DNA from: Neoechinorhynchus agilis
Taxonomy: Eukaryota; Animalia; Acanthocephala
Direction of reading: 5' to 3'
NCBI GenBank assembly: GCA_051530055.1
Contig: CM121342.1
Location: forward strand, 13,035,480 to 13,099,479
DNA length: 64,000 nucleotides
Shown: positions 26,491 through 40,053 of the stretch, piece by piece
Numbering within the stretch: position 1 is the stretch's first letter
Layout of the letters: every line of letters begins with the position of its first letter
Notes under the pieces: model-generated
Seen by the model: only the letters and a program-made list of their open reading frames with translations
What the model was told of the DNA's origin: nothing
The model's database searches: none
Made by a program: the position numbers and the translations under genes

Positions 26491-26924
26491 CAATAAATTA
26501 ATATGAAGTCGTTTGGCATGGAATTTTCGCAAAATATCTTTCCACCGTTACATAAATGTGCTCAGACGGCATTTTTTTGAATGCTTCTGAATCATCATTC
26601 ATTGCAGTTTAAAGTAGGAGAATAAAAAGAATGGACACGCAAAATATGGGCTAAATGGGAAAATGAAAGCGTAACTGGTGAATTGAAAGTAATTAGCATC
26701 TAATTCTTCAAAAGGATGGGGTTATTAAAAAATCGAAAAATATAGGGAAAGATGCAAAACACTCGGGGAATCGACCTGAAATTGATATTTCATGAATTTC
26801 ATTCAAAGGAGGAACTGCTGCAGATTAAGAGGGTAGTCGTGTAATCGAATTATAAGGGATGAAGGAAACTGCAACGCAAAAAGATCAGATACGCGGACCT
26901 TGGTCGAAATAATTACTTGGTTTT

Positions 26925-27120
26925 CAGTAGGCGTCGAGACACTCGGTTCGCTTGGTACCGCAGCGCAGGAAATGGTCCAGGAATTGTCCAAGAGACTGAT
27001 CTACAACACGGGTGAACGTTTGATCAGTCCTTTCGAACATTACGCCAAAATAGCAACTGAGTGATCCAGAGCAATGGTGTGAAGGTTCGTAATATCTACA
27101 GGGCATTAAAATTTTGATAA
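26925..27120 (+). mobile_element. CRE 3' fragment (undeleted version of 1040-1190)
   Basis: Encodes GVETLGSLGTAAQEMVQELSKRLIYNTGER. Confidence 0.75.
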
Positions 27121-27898
27121 ATAGCGAAAAAGTATATGGATGTTCGATAGACACCCGTCAACTGAATATCATCCCGACTCTGAGTTTTGCTTCTATGGTG
27201 CTTATTTTTGCCCCCCCCCTTCTTAATGTCTCGTGTTTTCGATAGGTTTGGTACCTTAGCCTATGTTTTTGTACTTTATTGAGCTAAGATCTGCATTGCA
27301 CGTATTAGGAAACGGATTCTCGGTGCTAATGTTTCCTGTGTCAATCAATCGCAATATTTGGGTCATTATTTCGTTTGATTGGTAAAATGTTTTTACATTC
27401 CAACGACTTTTTCGATGTGAGACCAAAAAATCGCATATTTACTTTTTCTTCTAATATTTAAGACGTAACAAATCAATTTCCGTTATCTTGATTTTTGTAC
27501 TTCACAATTCATATTTTATGCAGCGCATTAAATATTGATAAGAATAATTTTTCCTATTGAATTTCCTTTGCCTTTTTACCCGAAACGACGCTCTCGGTTT
27601 AAAGTGGCGTCGTGCGTACAACACAATACGTTTGAATGTGTTTAACTTTTAAAATAGACGGCAAACACCTTATAAGAAATCGTGACTCTTTTTTTCTTCA
27701 GACTACCACAGGCTCTAAAGATGGATAATCGTGAGCCGAAAACTTCTCCATCAAAAACCAATCAAACTTCTCCAAAGCAGAAACGTAGTTACCTCGTTTT
27801 AGAAAGTAGTCGATTATCAAAAGAGAAACAACAGATATGTATTTCACTTCTGATTTTAAATCTCGAAGGTCAGAAATGATTAATACTTTCAATCAAGA

Positions 27899-28618
27899 AT
27901 GAAAGCGGTAGACAAAATCCTTTCATCGGGATTTTCGGATTTTGGTTTCGAGGAACCGACGCGAGTTGCAAGTTCGTATCTTTTTCTGGGAAATTATATA
28001 TCGTCTATAGACGTGGAAAAATTAAGATCATTGGGAATCAACAATATACTTAATGTCGCAAGCAGAGAAATCGATGATGATGTCAGCATATTGATGGCTT
28101 CCGCGAAGTCTTCATTGCCATTTAAAGTGAAAAAACTTCACGTGGACGACAATGAGACATCAGATCTCCTTTCAATTATAGTTGAAGCGGTCTATTTCAT
28201 TGATAAAGTGAGAAAAGAAAATGAAAAGGTTCTTGTTCATTGTTCACAAGGTCAATCACGATCCCCATCGATTGTTCTTGCCTACATTATGTTAGTGTAC
28301 AGAAAGCCCTTCGAAAAATGCCTAGGGAATCTCAGAAAGCGAAGACCGTGTGTTCTCCCAAACGATGGGTTCGTCCGACAACTCCTATTTCTTGAATCGC
28401 TGATAAATACCCACGGTTCACATGCAGTAACTTATATCAGACATCGAGGATCGAGTGCCATTAAGTCTGAATTTGAAAGGTCACCGTTTGCAAAACCGAA
28501 AGGTTTAGCTGGAAGGTACTCTCTGATCGGAGTTAGTGAGTACGACTGGCAAGCGAATGTTAGCACTGCTGATCGACAATACATTTCTACTCTTCTCAAT
28601 CCACTGAAGTTTAAGTGA
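27899..28618 (+). CDS. Atypical dual-specificity phosphatase, duplicate of 1963-2670
   Basis: HCSQGQSRSPS; 4 aa longer (SAIK region) than copy 1. Confidence 0.92.
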   Translation: MKAVDKILSSGFSDFGFEEPTRVASSYLFLGNYISSIDVEKLRSLGINNILNVASREIDDDVSILMASAKSSLPFKVKKLHVDDNETSDLLSIIVEAVYFIDKVRKENEKVLVHCSQGQSRSPSIVLAYIMLVYRKPFEKCLGNLRKRRPCVLPNDGFVRQLLFLESLINTHGSHAVTYIRHRGSSAIKSEFERSPFAKPKGLAGRYSLIGVSEYDWQANVSTADRQYISTLLNPLKFK

Positions 28619-28864
28619 TGAAGTGTGTGCTCGAAGTTGCTAGTTTTATTTTTAACAAAGAAATTTGTGAGAAGTAGTTCATTTGAATTCAAAATATCTT
28701 CTTTATTTGATCGAAACTCTTTAGAAAAATCTCAAAATCAAGTAATTATTCTGATACACATAAATGGTTGTCGCAATGAAGATTCAGACAAAAAAGGAGC
28801 GTGATATTCATTTTTAATTGTTATTCAAAGTTGAAGATCGACATAGATTTTCTGGAAAGGTTAG

Positions 28865-29830
28865 AGATTAGCGACGATACTCGGATTCTTGATCAATGCA
28901 GTTGACGCCAATCCTCTAGGCGAAAATCCGTAGGCACTTCTTATTGAGCGCGCTAAATCAGCGTTGCTCTTTTCGCGATTGCAACATACAACCTAACTGC
29001 AATTGCCTCCTACGCCCTTGTGTCAATTGTAGGGTCCAAGAGACCTCGATATAGACGCCCGGAAGATGGAGAAGCTCAACTGCAATGAAATTAGTGGATT
29101 GTGATATCCGCTGTGTCGTTCGATTGCTTACATTGAATGATAAGCTCCTTCGTCCGCACAAACAAATTATCGAAATGCTCCGACCTCCAAAGGTGGAGCT
29201 GTGACATTCCAGCCTACCAGCCCTTCTCCACAGTCGCTGACTTTGGATCACACACATCTCGGATTGCTTTCGTCGTTTTGCTCTGGCGGAATCGGCGGCT
29301 TGAGCACTTCCCATCATGGAGACCTTACTAGAGGCTGCGACCCAGCTCACTCGCGCGTTGCTCGGCGGTAAAATAGCGTCTTCTATAATACCCATCATTG
29401 GCGGAGCGAAGTCGATAGCGTTTAGCAAAAAGCACAGCGGGTTGAGGATCATTGCAATTGGTTGTACTCCGCCGATTAGCTGCCATTATTGCCTGTAAAA
29501 TCGCATACCTTCAATTCGATAAGCCACGATGCAATTATCAGCTACATTGAAAACGGGTTCCTGATCTTATTACCATTTGTCGTGATATGTTATACAACGA
29601 GAGCGACTTGGTATTTGGCGGCACTGTGATAACCTCTCGAGAGAGTGTTCTACAGAGTGATCATCTCGACCTTTTTCTGCCTGCACGTAATGTTGAGCTT
29701 TCCAACTCGGTGTGGCGTTTAACATCGCTTTGAGTTCACTTGGGAAGTTTTGGTGTTCTACACGGGACAGAAATGACAATTCCAACCTTTGGCAAATCCG
29801 TGTCCCGAACAAGTAGCTTGGCAGTTTAAT
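28865..29830 (+). mobile_element. Older, divergent CRE RT fragment
   Basis: DCDIRCVVRLLTLND, GGAKSIAFSKKHSGLRIIAIG, FNSISHDAI and ITSRESVLQSDH are degenerate versions of the RT motifs at 30965-31900. Confidence 0.7.
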
Positions 29831-30269
29831 GTTATCAGCATTCCTATCCGACCGATCCGATCAGAAATTAACGACTAATCTTACCGAATCACAAAGATGG
29901 CGCTCGTGTTCCAAAATGCCTGCATTTCATCCGTGCGGGGTTTATCGCTTTCCAGTGCATTTATTATTTCAGTTGAATGGAAGAACCTTTTTCTGTTATA
30001 TCATCAAAATATTTATAAGGATTATGCCACGACCAAAAAGATGCCAAACTTCAACTTTCCGCCTTGCGCTTTTAACGCAATACATGAAAATATCAAGTTT
30101 CAGTTAATCGAGACACGACATTGTGACGTGGAGGACACTCAATAGAAATATTCTTGGTACGACAGCCCAACTACGTATTCGGACCAATCAAATACCGAGG
30201 AAAAGCCCAACGCTACCGGGACACCAGGCCTAAATTCTGTTCATCAAATCATTACTTTGGAGCAAGCAA

Positions 30270-33125
30270 TTTCATTTGCACGGTAAACACACGATCCTTA
30301 CCCGACCCGTTGACGCTGCAATGATACAATTTGACGCAACCAGCCACGACAGCCCAACTACGTATTCGGACCAATTAAATACCGAGGAAACGCCCAACGC
30401 TACTGGGACACCAGGCCTCTCCATAGGTATATGCCATGTTTGCTTAGACTCTTTTTCCATCACGAAATCGGGGGGTTTTGCGCATTCATGCGCCCGTCAA
30501 ATCACGTTGGGTGGTATCTGGTCAGATCCTGCGATCGTTTCAACCGGCAACACCAGAAAATCCATCGACGCTCCCCGATGACGCCGGCAGTCTTCCTTCC
30601 GCTGCTGATTTCGTGCGTGTTCTTCCTAGGAACATTCTGAAACGGATCCCAAAGGGCGCACGATATCTAGCAGCTAAAGGATTCACCACACTTCTGCTGG
30701 ACTGCTTCGAACAAAATTCAATCCTCTTGGACACGGCTCTTTGCTTTCCCCAGACTAGTACTTTCCGCTGGCGACAGTTCGGAGGAGTCCCCCATTGCGG
30801 TAATCAAAAGACGCCCCATTTCCTTTGAGGAAAGTTTCTCAAGCACTTGTCGTTCAGCAAAGGAGGATACCAAACAATGTGCGAATGAGATTAACTGCCA
30901 TCGAACATCTACGAGACCGCTTGCTGAGCGCGTATCTTCAAAACTCGCGGGAGCAGTCCGTATTTTGTCCTCCCCTGATACGTTTGCAAGTGATCCGCCT
31001 TTCACACTTCAGGGTTTAAAGTTGAAGCATCCGCAAAGTTCAACCCAGACAGAAATTCCTACATGTTCCGTCCCTCAAAGGCACTCCACTTCGACAGTTG
31101 AACTGAGAATGGCCATATCCTCCTTCGCTAATGGCTCTGGTCATGGCCTCGATGGACTTCGTCCTCAGCAATTAAAGGATAAGATGTCGTTCTCAGTTGG
31201 AGATGTAGACCACTCCCTTGTTACCCATCTTTGTCGACTAGTCGACCTTTTCATCGAAGAAAATTTACATCCGCGGGCAATTGAGTTATTTTTTGGCGCA
31301 TCTTTGTGCGCTTTGAACAAAAAGACTGGTGGGATTCGTCCCATCGCCGTTGGCTCTGCTCTACGTCGGCTCGTAGGTAAAATCCTTTGCAAGCGTATTG
31401 CAGAAGGGATATGGCAGCAAGTTCGCCCAGTTCAACTGGGATGCTGCACACCCTGCGGGTCCGAAGCCATTGTCAACGCACTCCGCCAGTTTATCACCAA
31501 TCGTTCAACGCCGTGTGTGATTTTGAAGTGCGACTTTAGAAATGCTTTCAATTCCATTCACCGTACCGTTCTGTTTGAGTCACGTACCAGAAGCTTTTCC
31601 TTATTTTCTCAACGCATGCGGGACCCCGACTCCTTTGCTGTTCAACGATCATCTCATTTGGTCAGAAAGAGAAGTACAGCAGGGAGACCCTCTTGGTCCA
31701 ATCGCTTTCTCCTTTGCAGTTAATCCAATAGCGCACTCTCTCCGGTCCAACTTTAACGCTTGGTACCTTGATGACGCTACCCTCGGAGGTGATCCCTCCG
31801 AAGTACTGCGCGATCCGGAGACACTCGTAAGGGAGACTGCGAGATTGGGCGTTGAGCTCAATGCAGGGGAAATGCGAACTGTTTTTAACGAACATCGAAA
31901 ACGAGTCAGCGCAGAGCGAAATCGTCAAAGGTTTTAGAAATTCGGCACGCGGTTTAGAATCGATAACTCTACACCGGCTGAGTCTTCTAGGGAGCTGCGT
32001 TTTTGATTCTAATGTTGAAAATGAAATCGACCATTTACTCCCGAACATCACGATGCTGTGCGATAGAGTCCGGGAACTTTCGTCACACGAAGCTCTATTC
32101 CTGACCAAGAATACCCTCTTCATCTTGAAACTACTTTATAAACTGCGCACGGCTTCCTCCTTCAAGTACGTCGATAAGTTAAAGAAGCTCGATGGCACTG
32201 TGAAGGCGTGTCTGGAGCGCATTTGAAATATCCAGCTATCAGACGAGGCCTCGCGACGTCCGGTGGCTTGGGGATAAATAATACGAATTCTTTGTAAACT
32301 TAAGTAATCTTAAAGGATGGCTGGCGCCGCCAGAATTTCATCGTTTGCACTCTATTAGTTAAGTTGTGTTTCAAGGAGATGAGTCCAAATTATCGGCACT
32401 GTGATCCGAAAATATAGGCCACTTTACGTACACTTCGCGTCTACCGATTTGTGTCAAACATCGTTGCCGGTGTGGAATGATCGTGGATCCACTGGGGAAA
32501 CATGGTCTTGTTTGCAACAAATCAGAGGGCCGTTTCTCACGTCATGCTGAATTGAACGACGTAATTTCGCGTGCCCTAAATACGGTGAACGTCCCAAACA
32601 TTTTAGAGCCAAGCAACCTGTGCAGGCTAGATGGCCGTCGCCCGGATGGCGTCACCGTATTCCCGTAGCGAGAAGGCAAATGTCTTCTCTTGGACGCCAC
32701 GTGTGTAGACACGTCCGCGGCAAGCAACAGGAAGTTTGCGGTGCAGTCTCCAGGGGGAGCGGCGATTGCCGCGGAGGACCGAAAGGTCGCGAAATATAAA
32801 GAATTAAGTAGGTCTCACGTTTTTGTATCCTTCGGAGTGGAGACTCTTGGTGCGCTCGGTAGCTCGGCACTTAGATTTACGAAGGAGTTATCGAGTAGAC
32901 TCCATGCCAAGAAAGGAAATACAGGAGCTGGTGCCTTCCTGCGCCAAAACATTGGTCTCGCGATCCAAAGAGGAAACGCAGCGAGTGTGGTCGCGACCAC
33001 TGAGGGGAGCGAGATGCCTCTTCTTCGTGGACGATGGTGATTGTTTAAACGTTTTGTTGTTGTGTGTGTAATTTAAAAAACATTTAAGAAAACTTTTAAA
33101 GTAATTAATAATTGAAAACAAAATA
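30270..33125 (+). mobile_element. Near full-length, frameshifted CRE-clade non-LTR retrotransposon (zinc finger, RT, CCHC, restriction-like endonuclease)
   Basis: [124 protein letters not shown]; A-rich 3' end. Confidence 0.92.
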
Positions 33126-33943
33126 AATCAAATTAGGCCAAGAGCACAATAAAACTACAATATCCAAATTATTTTTAACTCCAGAAAATGTGAACTTTGG
33201 TTAATTGACGGAACACAAACACAAATGATTGTTATTAAAGCCGCTGCACTTCTCATCCTTAAAAATTTATAGATACTGTGAAACGAACGGTTGAATAAAA
33301 TTGTTCAAATTCTAGTTTCGTCGGTCCAGGAAAATTAGGACAAGCGACTTTTTTAACAAATTTTTTAAAATTCTTATCGTTGGCGAATCAGGTAAGGCGG
33401 ACGTAAACGTTATGTTTCGGATCTTTAAACAAGAATCTTCATTTTGAATATGAACGCTGTTCGATATGAGACATTAAGCGTCCCTAAGATCATCAACGTT
33501 AAGTGAGTTTGAGTTTTAATTTTTTATATCTCGATTTTACATCGCAGCTCTTAGTTTATCCAATAAATCACCAAATCGAACTGATGCTCGGGAGCATTGA
33601 CAAAACTCTTCTTTTCCGGTCCAAAATAGAACTATAAGTTCAAAAAGGCTGTTATTAGCCTTATTTTAAATGTTATCCTAATAATTCCTGGAAATGACTT
33701 TAAATTGTGTTTATTTTTCTTTTTGCGACTTTAATCTAACATTTTCCTCTTTAATATATAATTGAAAAGTCAAGAGAATCAAGAAAGATCGATGAAATAT
33801 ATGAATTTTAATTTGCTCAAGACTTTTGCCAACGGCTTTACGCCTTTAAAAGTATTATTTCACTAAATTTGATCAAACGGAGTGTATCATGCGCTAAAGG
33901 ATAAAAAGACGACATATTTTTTAGGCAAATATCACGTTGAAAG

Positions 33944-36245
33944 TTATGGATTATCCCGCATAAATGGGGAACGTGATTTTACGATCGGATTGAGCGTGAA
34001 CGGCTCCTCCTTTTCATTGTTAAGTGCCTGATTTCGTGCCTTTGTGATCAAGTGTTCAAATTCAGAAATCGGGTTGTAGGAAGCATAAGTTATGAGTTTC
34101 TCATTGAGCAAGTTCGCGATAGCGCATCGACGATCCATTGTGCAATATTCACCCCTTATACGATACATAGCACTGAAAGCGGAGTGTTTGGAAAAAACGG
34201 ACAAGGTTACCAGCACTAAGCTTTTTAGAATTTCCTTCGGATTAAAAGCCAATTGAATATCCTTTGACGGAAATGCAGAATCGTGTTTCATAATTGTGTC
34301 TCTTGCGAAGGTGTGGATCTTCTTTGCGTACGATAGAAGCTGTGCAGTCCTTGCGGTTTCAACGTCTCGATTGGGTATTTTTATTTTGGGAAAGCGGAGT
34401 TGATTGTGGCGTCTACCTGCAAGAGGGATTAATGCTCCGCTTGATTTCCTCTTTAGAACTGAATTAGTTCTAGGAGTTGGCATTTTAGAGCTAAGATATG
34501 CTTGGAATTTTTTCCCGTTTGTATTGTATTCGTTGTAACTGTCATCGAATCCACGCCGACATTCTACAAAGCTTTCTAATAGTAGACAGACAAAGAGGTA
34601 TCTATTATCGTCAAAAAAACGGGCCTTGTAGCGCTTGGCAGCCAAAATTGCAGCTCCAATACGTCCCTTCATGATGTATTCTCGAACTTGTGAACGATGC
34701 CGAGTGTCCCGGAACATTTTGTTATTTTTTATGCCGTTTATAGGATGATATTTCCTCCATTAGGTGGCATTGAAAAGCGGTTCAAGGCAGAGAGATGCTA
34801 AACAAAACTACGACAGGAGATATATGTATTTTTTGTGATAAGAAGAATCGCTATTGATTTATTGTTCTCAATATTTCGTCCGCTACGTCGGACTTCTTCA
34901 GGTTGTTTCGCAAGTATGTTGCACGTTGAAGCGCATGTTGAAGCAACAAACTTGGGAAACAACCTCAAAAAGTCCGACGAAACGGACGAAATATTGAGAA
35001 TTAATAAATCAATAACGATTTTTCTTATCTCCAAAAAGTACATATATATAAACAACTTCTTTACGACACGAGATATGAGTAAAAGAACTTACGAAATATA
35101 CTTCAAGCGTATCGATGGTTCGGTGAATTGCAATCTCGTTACTTCTTCACGAATGCATTCAAACAATGGAACTAGAAAATATGTTCAAATTCGATAAGAG
35201 TAAAATATATTTTAATGAAAAATTTGAACGGCCTAGTTTCATCCTTATTTAGAACTCCTATTATTACTTATTGATGCTCATATTTCAAATTTTTAATAAC
35301 GTAGTATGAAAATTAAAGTCCGCTTTACTAATTATGAAACTTCAGATGAAATCTTCTATAACCGTTAAAACCACTATTTTCTCCATCGGTCGTTTCAATT
35401 GGCTCTCTGCCTCGCGATAGAAAATTCCTTGGATGAAATCTCGTCGCAATTCAAGATCAGTTATGCAGGCTGTCTCGGTGGCCGTACTTAACATCGTTTT
35501 GTAAAGACCCAAAGTCGCCAAATGCTTTACAATGTAGCAATTTCTGGGATCCTGATCGGAAACGCTATATCTGTCAGCTAATTGATACCAGTGCCTCTGA
35601 ATAGTTTCTGCAAAATAAGAATCGATATCGAAAGCGAATTTTTTCTTGAATCCACAGATAACAACTGTCTCCACATCTTTACTGTACAGTACAATCGATG
35701 GAAATGCATTGTCCATTGTAGATATCGTGATCGGAGTGCCTGTTATGAAAAATGAGTTTCAAAATACTTAAAGAAGAATGCGTACCGGTAATATTTCCGT
35801 TTAGCGTAAAAATTACCCTGTTGTTTGATCGATCCAAAATTACCCCTACTCGATCGTTGCTTTTAATTCCAGGCCGAATTTGCCAATTAACAAAACTATC
35901 ACCCTGGACAACTCGACTATTTTTACAACTAAGGAATACTTTATTGTCCATCTGATAAGGCTTATTCGCTACTATTGAATCAACTACCTGATAGCCAACG
36001 TCAATTCCAAGTATTTGTTCAACGCTTGTCTTCGATCGGATCTGCACTTCGAAATAGAACAGAATACAGCATGGATCAAGAGGATTCTGGTATTTATAAT
36101 GTTCTCCTAAACAGTTATCGGTTGAAATAATGATTGTTTCGCCGCATTGAAACGTTTTCCCCTCGTGTGGCGCTCGTTCTGGAAACTGTTTCAAGTATTC
36201 CATATAAGATCCATGAACAGCAGTTGAGTTAAAATCGGTGAACAT
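33944..36245 (-). CDS. SPRY + CTLH protein, RanBP9/10-like; one GT-AG intron and one non-canonical segment (34761-35375)
   Basis: FYFEVQI, DRVGVILD...RVIFTLNG (SPRY), AFPSIVL, FAFDI, LATLG..KT and R..VREYIMKGRIGAAI (CTLH). Confidence 0.7.
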
Positions 36246-36439
36246 TATGGTTTGTCTAAAATATTATTTATAAAATCGCGGCGATCGTTAGTGATTAACC
36301 TGTATAAAAACCCATATCGTCCCCGACGAGATGCGAGCACTAATTAAAGCAATTGTCCCGAGTGATTACTCAATAAAAATTAGAAGAGAAATATAACGTG
36401 TTTGTTCCATTAAAACTAGTTCTCGTTTTCTCAGGAGTT

Positions 36440-38357
36440 CAAAATGAAATACAGATCTTTTTTTTTGGGGGGGGGGAATCGTCGAAGCTATCATGTTGGC
36501 ATTCGTATGCAACCGTCGATGAAGAAATAGAATTCCTCGAATTACATTATCGCAAAAAATTTCAAATTGATTAATGAAGTAGCAATCTAGTCATTCTATT
36601 GCATTAACGTTCGCTTACTACCCGTTAAGTTGAGCCTAGAGTAGATCCCATCAAGGCTCATTTGATAATTACTAAGATCATCAAATAGATTCTCAGGTTA
36701 AAATTATTAGACAAAATGGCAACCCACCAATTTACATACCTAAACACCACTAGCAGTGTTCACTAATGCACTTGCGTTTTTCGACGCGCGCTGGTAATGT
36801 TGCAAGGTAACTATGAAATAGATGATCTCAGACAAGGGAGTGATTCGTAGATGGGGATCTCTGATAAAGGAGTTACCTAAGGATTGTTGTTCTGATCGTG
36901 AAACGGGTGGCGACAAGCCCGCCGGTGTTTTTGCCCATATTTTAGGGTCTGTTGATGCCACTTGCGGGAATGGAGGATCTCTCGGCGCGAATCTCCAATA
37001 CAGGTGAGTAGAGAAAATCCTTTGTTTACCTGTTCAAAAAAGAAAATTTTGTTTTGAAAATAAAACGGAAGGATTTAGGAAATACTGCTTGCATCGGTAT
37101 TTCGAAGCGTTAGTTCAATGAACTTTTCATGGTTAAAAACTAACCAACCCTCGCGAATATATGATCAACATAGTGAATCTATAGGGAAGAATATTTTTGC
37201 AGAACTGTTGAATAACATGAACATCAAGCTAACCCTCCAGCAGGTTTGAACAAGTACTTTCGTAAACTAGAGTTAAATCATGGGTTTAAACCAATCAAAA
37301 ATATTTGTTTGCGAAAGGAGCCAATAATTATTAGACGTTGCTTTCAATTTTAGGGACAAGCATCGCGGAATACTTACTAATTGGTGTCATTTTTCAGACT
37401 TGAAAATCCGCAATATTTACGATTTACTGCGCGTATAAGCAGCTCTGTAGCTCTGCTGCACAATATTCATCCTTATTTCATAAGACTTCGGCTACTGTCT
37501 CTTCTGAACAGAGAGTCAATGCTGTGTCTAAGACAGTCTTGTCCGAAGAATCGGTGAAGAATAAAAAAGAAAGTTTTTGCTATTTAGGAGGACAAAATGA
37601 AGACGATAGAGGAAGCGAATTTAAAATTATGAGTAGAGGTGGAAAGGATTCAGGGATTCCTCACAAACTTCGCTTCAACGATTTCACCCCTTATCGATGG
37701 AATCAAGGGAATAAGTAGAAGACAGAAACAAACATGAAAGTGTTTCAGGGGGCAGGGATATAGGATGAATCGGTGTTCCCTATAGAATCTCCTGTTGTCT
37801 TAAATAATGAGTGAGTATTTGAATTACATTTTTTAGCCTTTAATGTGTCACATGTACAAAGTTTATCAACTAATCTTAAAAGTCTTATCGTATATCACGA
37901 TTTGGTTTTCTGTGCCTTTCAGGAATCGGATATGATACTAAACATATTTCTTTTTTATTACCGCTTTTATTTAAACAAGGAAGCGGACCAGTCGGTTTCT
38001 CTGGCGCGCTACAATCTTTTGTAAAAAGGGAATATCATCCATTTGTGTTATTCAAGAAAAATTCCGATTACGCCATTCAATTGGTTAAAATTGATAATTT
38101 TATAAACGGAGACATATAGTTCCCCCCCAAGAGTGGGTTATTTTTTAAATCGCGCAGGTATGCTGCGGGGATGGAATCCTGACGTTATTATCGGTGACTT
38201 CGATTCTAAACTTTTGTCCAGTTTCGATTATTTTAGCGAGGACTATGATATAATTTTAGATGTTTTCGTTCTTGGAAGGGTGTTTGATAAAAAGAAGGAA
38301 ATTGCATCGAATTGTTCCAATGATTCAATAACAACATCAGTGTTTGATGGGAAATGA
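36440..38357 (+). CDS. Probable multi-exon gene, function not recognised
   Basis: Several protein-like open segments (e.g. 37524-37718, 37921-38020, 38133-38357) bounded by GT/AG signals. Exon structure not resolved. Confidence 0.3.
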
Positions 38358-39368
38358 TGCAATCTTATTTGATAGGGGAGGCAATGATAGGTTATGTTCT
38401 ACTGAATGAAGTATAGCAAAATATAGCCTACGTATTCATAGCCAGTTACGAGCAACAAATAAGATATTTCTACGCCGTTGAAAATCATATGATTTTCCGA
38501 GGTGTGAAAGTTCTTTTGAAGGTCGACCCCTGAGCAATGAGTGCCTTTTGTCGACTATTTTGTTTGCAGGATCTGTATAATTATTAATCCGATTTCTCAA
38601 ACTTTCCCTGATGCAAAGGAACATCTCAAGAATCTTCTTAAATAAGGTTTTATTTTATAAATCACTGTTTAGCTCGATGTGTTTTAATTTTTTGTATCAT
38701 AGCACTAACCCAATTTTTAGTGAGAAATATTCTTCTGACCGACCCTCAGCACGGTTTCGAATCGGTAGAAGGAACGAGGAAAGTGTCTGGAAATATTTAT
38801 CATTGATTAAGGAGCAGGATATAAAGATTATCACCAAGCAACTTTAATTATTTGCTATTTCAACACTTTGTTTCTTTAAATCAACAATTGCAACTGCTCT
38901 CTTTCCCTAAGATATGTTCTGAGCATGTTGATGGTTTAATTTTCGCTATTTACTTCGGGTGGAAACTCATATAAGAGTCGGACCAGCCCTGAATTAGATT
39001 ATTTCCCCAGACCCGTACGGTACAATACCTCTAAAATTTCGATATTTACGAATGAAGTCGAGTTGTTAAGCGTTACACATGGATCGGAATGTTTTGCTAA
39101 TAAATAAAAATAAACTGCAAAAGTTGAAGTCAGAATGTTTAATCGAATTATACTACACAAAAAAGTGCATTTGTGCCAAAATTAGGTTCAATAGGCATGT
39201 TTTCACCACCTCTATATGAAAACATCAGGACCGCGCCCTAGCAAGCTTAAAAAATCATATGAAATGAAGCCCCTTTAAATTCCATTTTGATGGAACATGG
39301 TGATTATTGCGGCTATTTATTGTTTAATGACGCATTTGTTCAAATCGCGATAATTACTTCGTTTTTAT

Positions 39369-40053
39369 TCAATAGTAGTTGCCGGCTCTAGTAGAGGCAA
39401 AATCCACTTTGGCACAAGCGATCATGTTTAAACTGTAAACTATACAATAATTAGCATAAATATTTTCAGAATAATCACACCAATGTTCACAATCACCCGT
39501 CCTTATTAGTTCTATTTCGCCAAAGAAATTAGGGCAATTCCTCGTCTCTGTAAAACCAATGTTCTTGAACAATGCAAGGCTACACTCGTTTTCTTTTTTA
39601 ACTTTGGCAATGAATGTAGAAATGCAAAGTCGTTTAGAAATGAAATGCATCATTATTTTTAACGCTAAGCGAGCATATCCTCGCCTTCTGAATTCAGGCC
39701 TAGCAATCATTATCGAGAGCTCCGCTTTTTTGTCGTTGATAAAGGCATTAATGTCGCCAATCATTCGTTCGACTTCATCCAAATCGCGAGGCTCATTGAC
39801 AATAATTATAAACGTACAAATTCCTGCAAGCGCAAAAGAGGTCATGCAGGACCTCATCTCTAAGTTTATCCTCAGATAGCAACCACTGGTGTTGCATGGC
39901 GAATTCTTGTTCAATACTTAGTCGCTCGGATCCCGTCTTCTTTAAAAGATCTTCATTTTGCATCCATTTATGATAAGTCGCTACATGACGTGACTTGTAC
40001 GGAACAAGGCTGATTAAACCGCATGATAGCGAGATGTTCTCATTCAGACGCAT
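39369..40053 (-). CDS. NAT9: N-acetyltransferase 9-like, split by a 46 nt non-canonical segment
   Basis: MRLNEN...LVPY...HV..YH.WMQ.E.L...TGSE.LS.EQE..MQ, EDKLTFII, MIGDINAF, AELSIMIA.P..RRRG, ELIR. Confidence 0.92.

Larger units (their letters stand above)
25889..28860. repeat. Segmental duplication, copy 2
   Basis: Matches 1-2913. Homology stops at 28860, where CRE-derived sequence follows. Confidence 0.95.

Noticed and set aside
28861-28880. Spliced-leader, snRNA or telomeric target at the CRE junction
   Set aside because: No SL, U-snRNA or telomere repeat is recognisable, and no TSD pairs with the 3' end near 33125.
34835-35197. 121 aa plus-strand ORF
   Set aside because: Lies antisense inside the stem-ended segment of the RanBP-like gene; no motifs.
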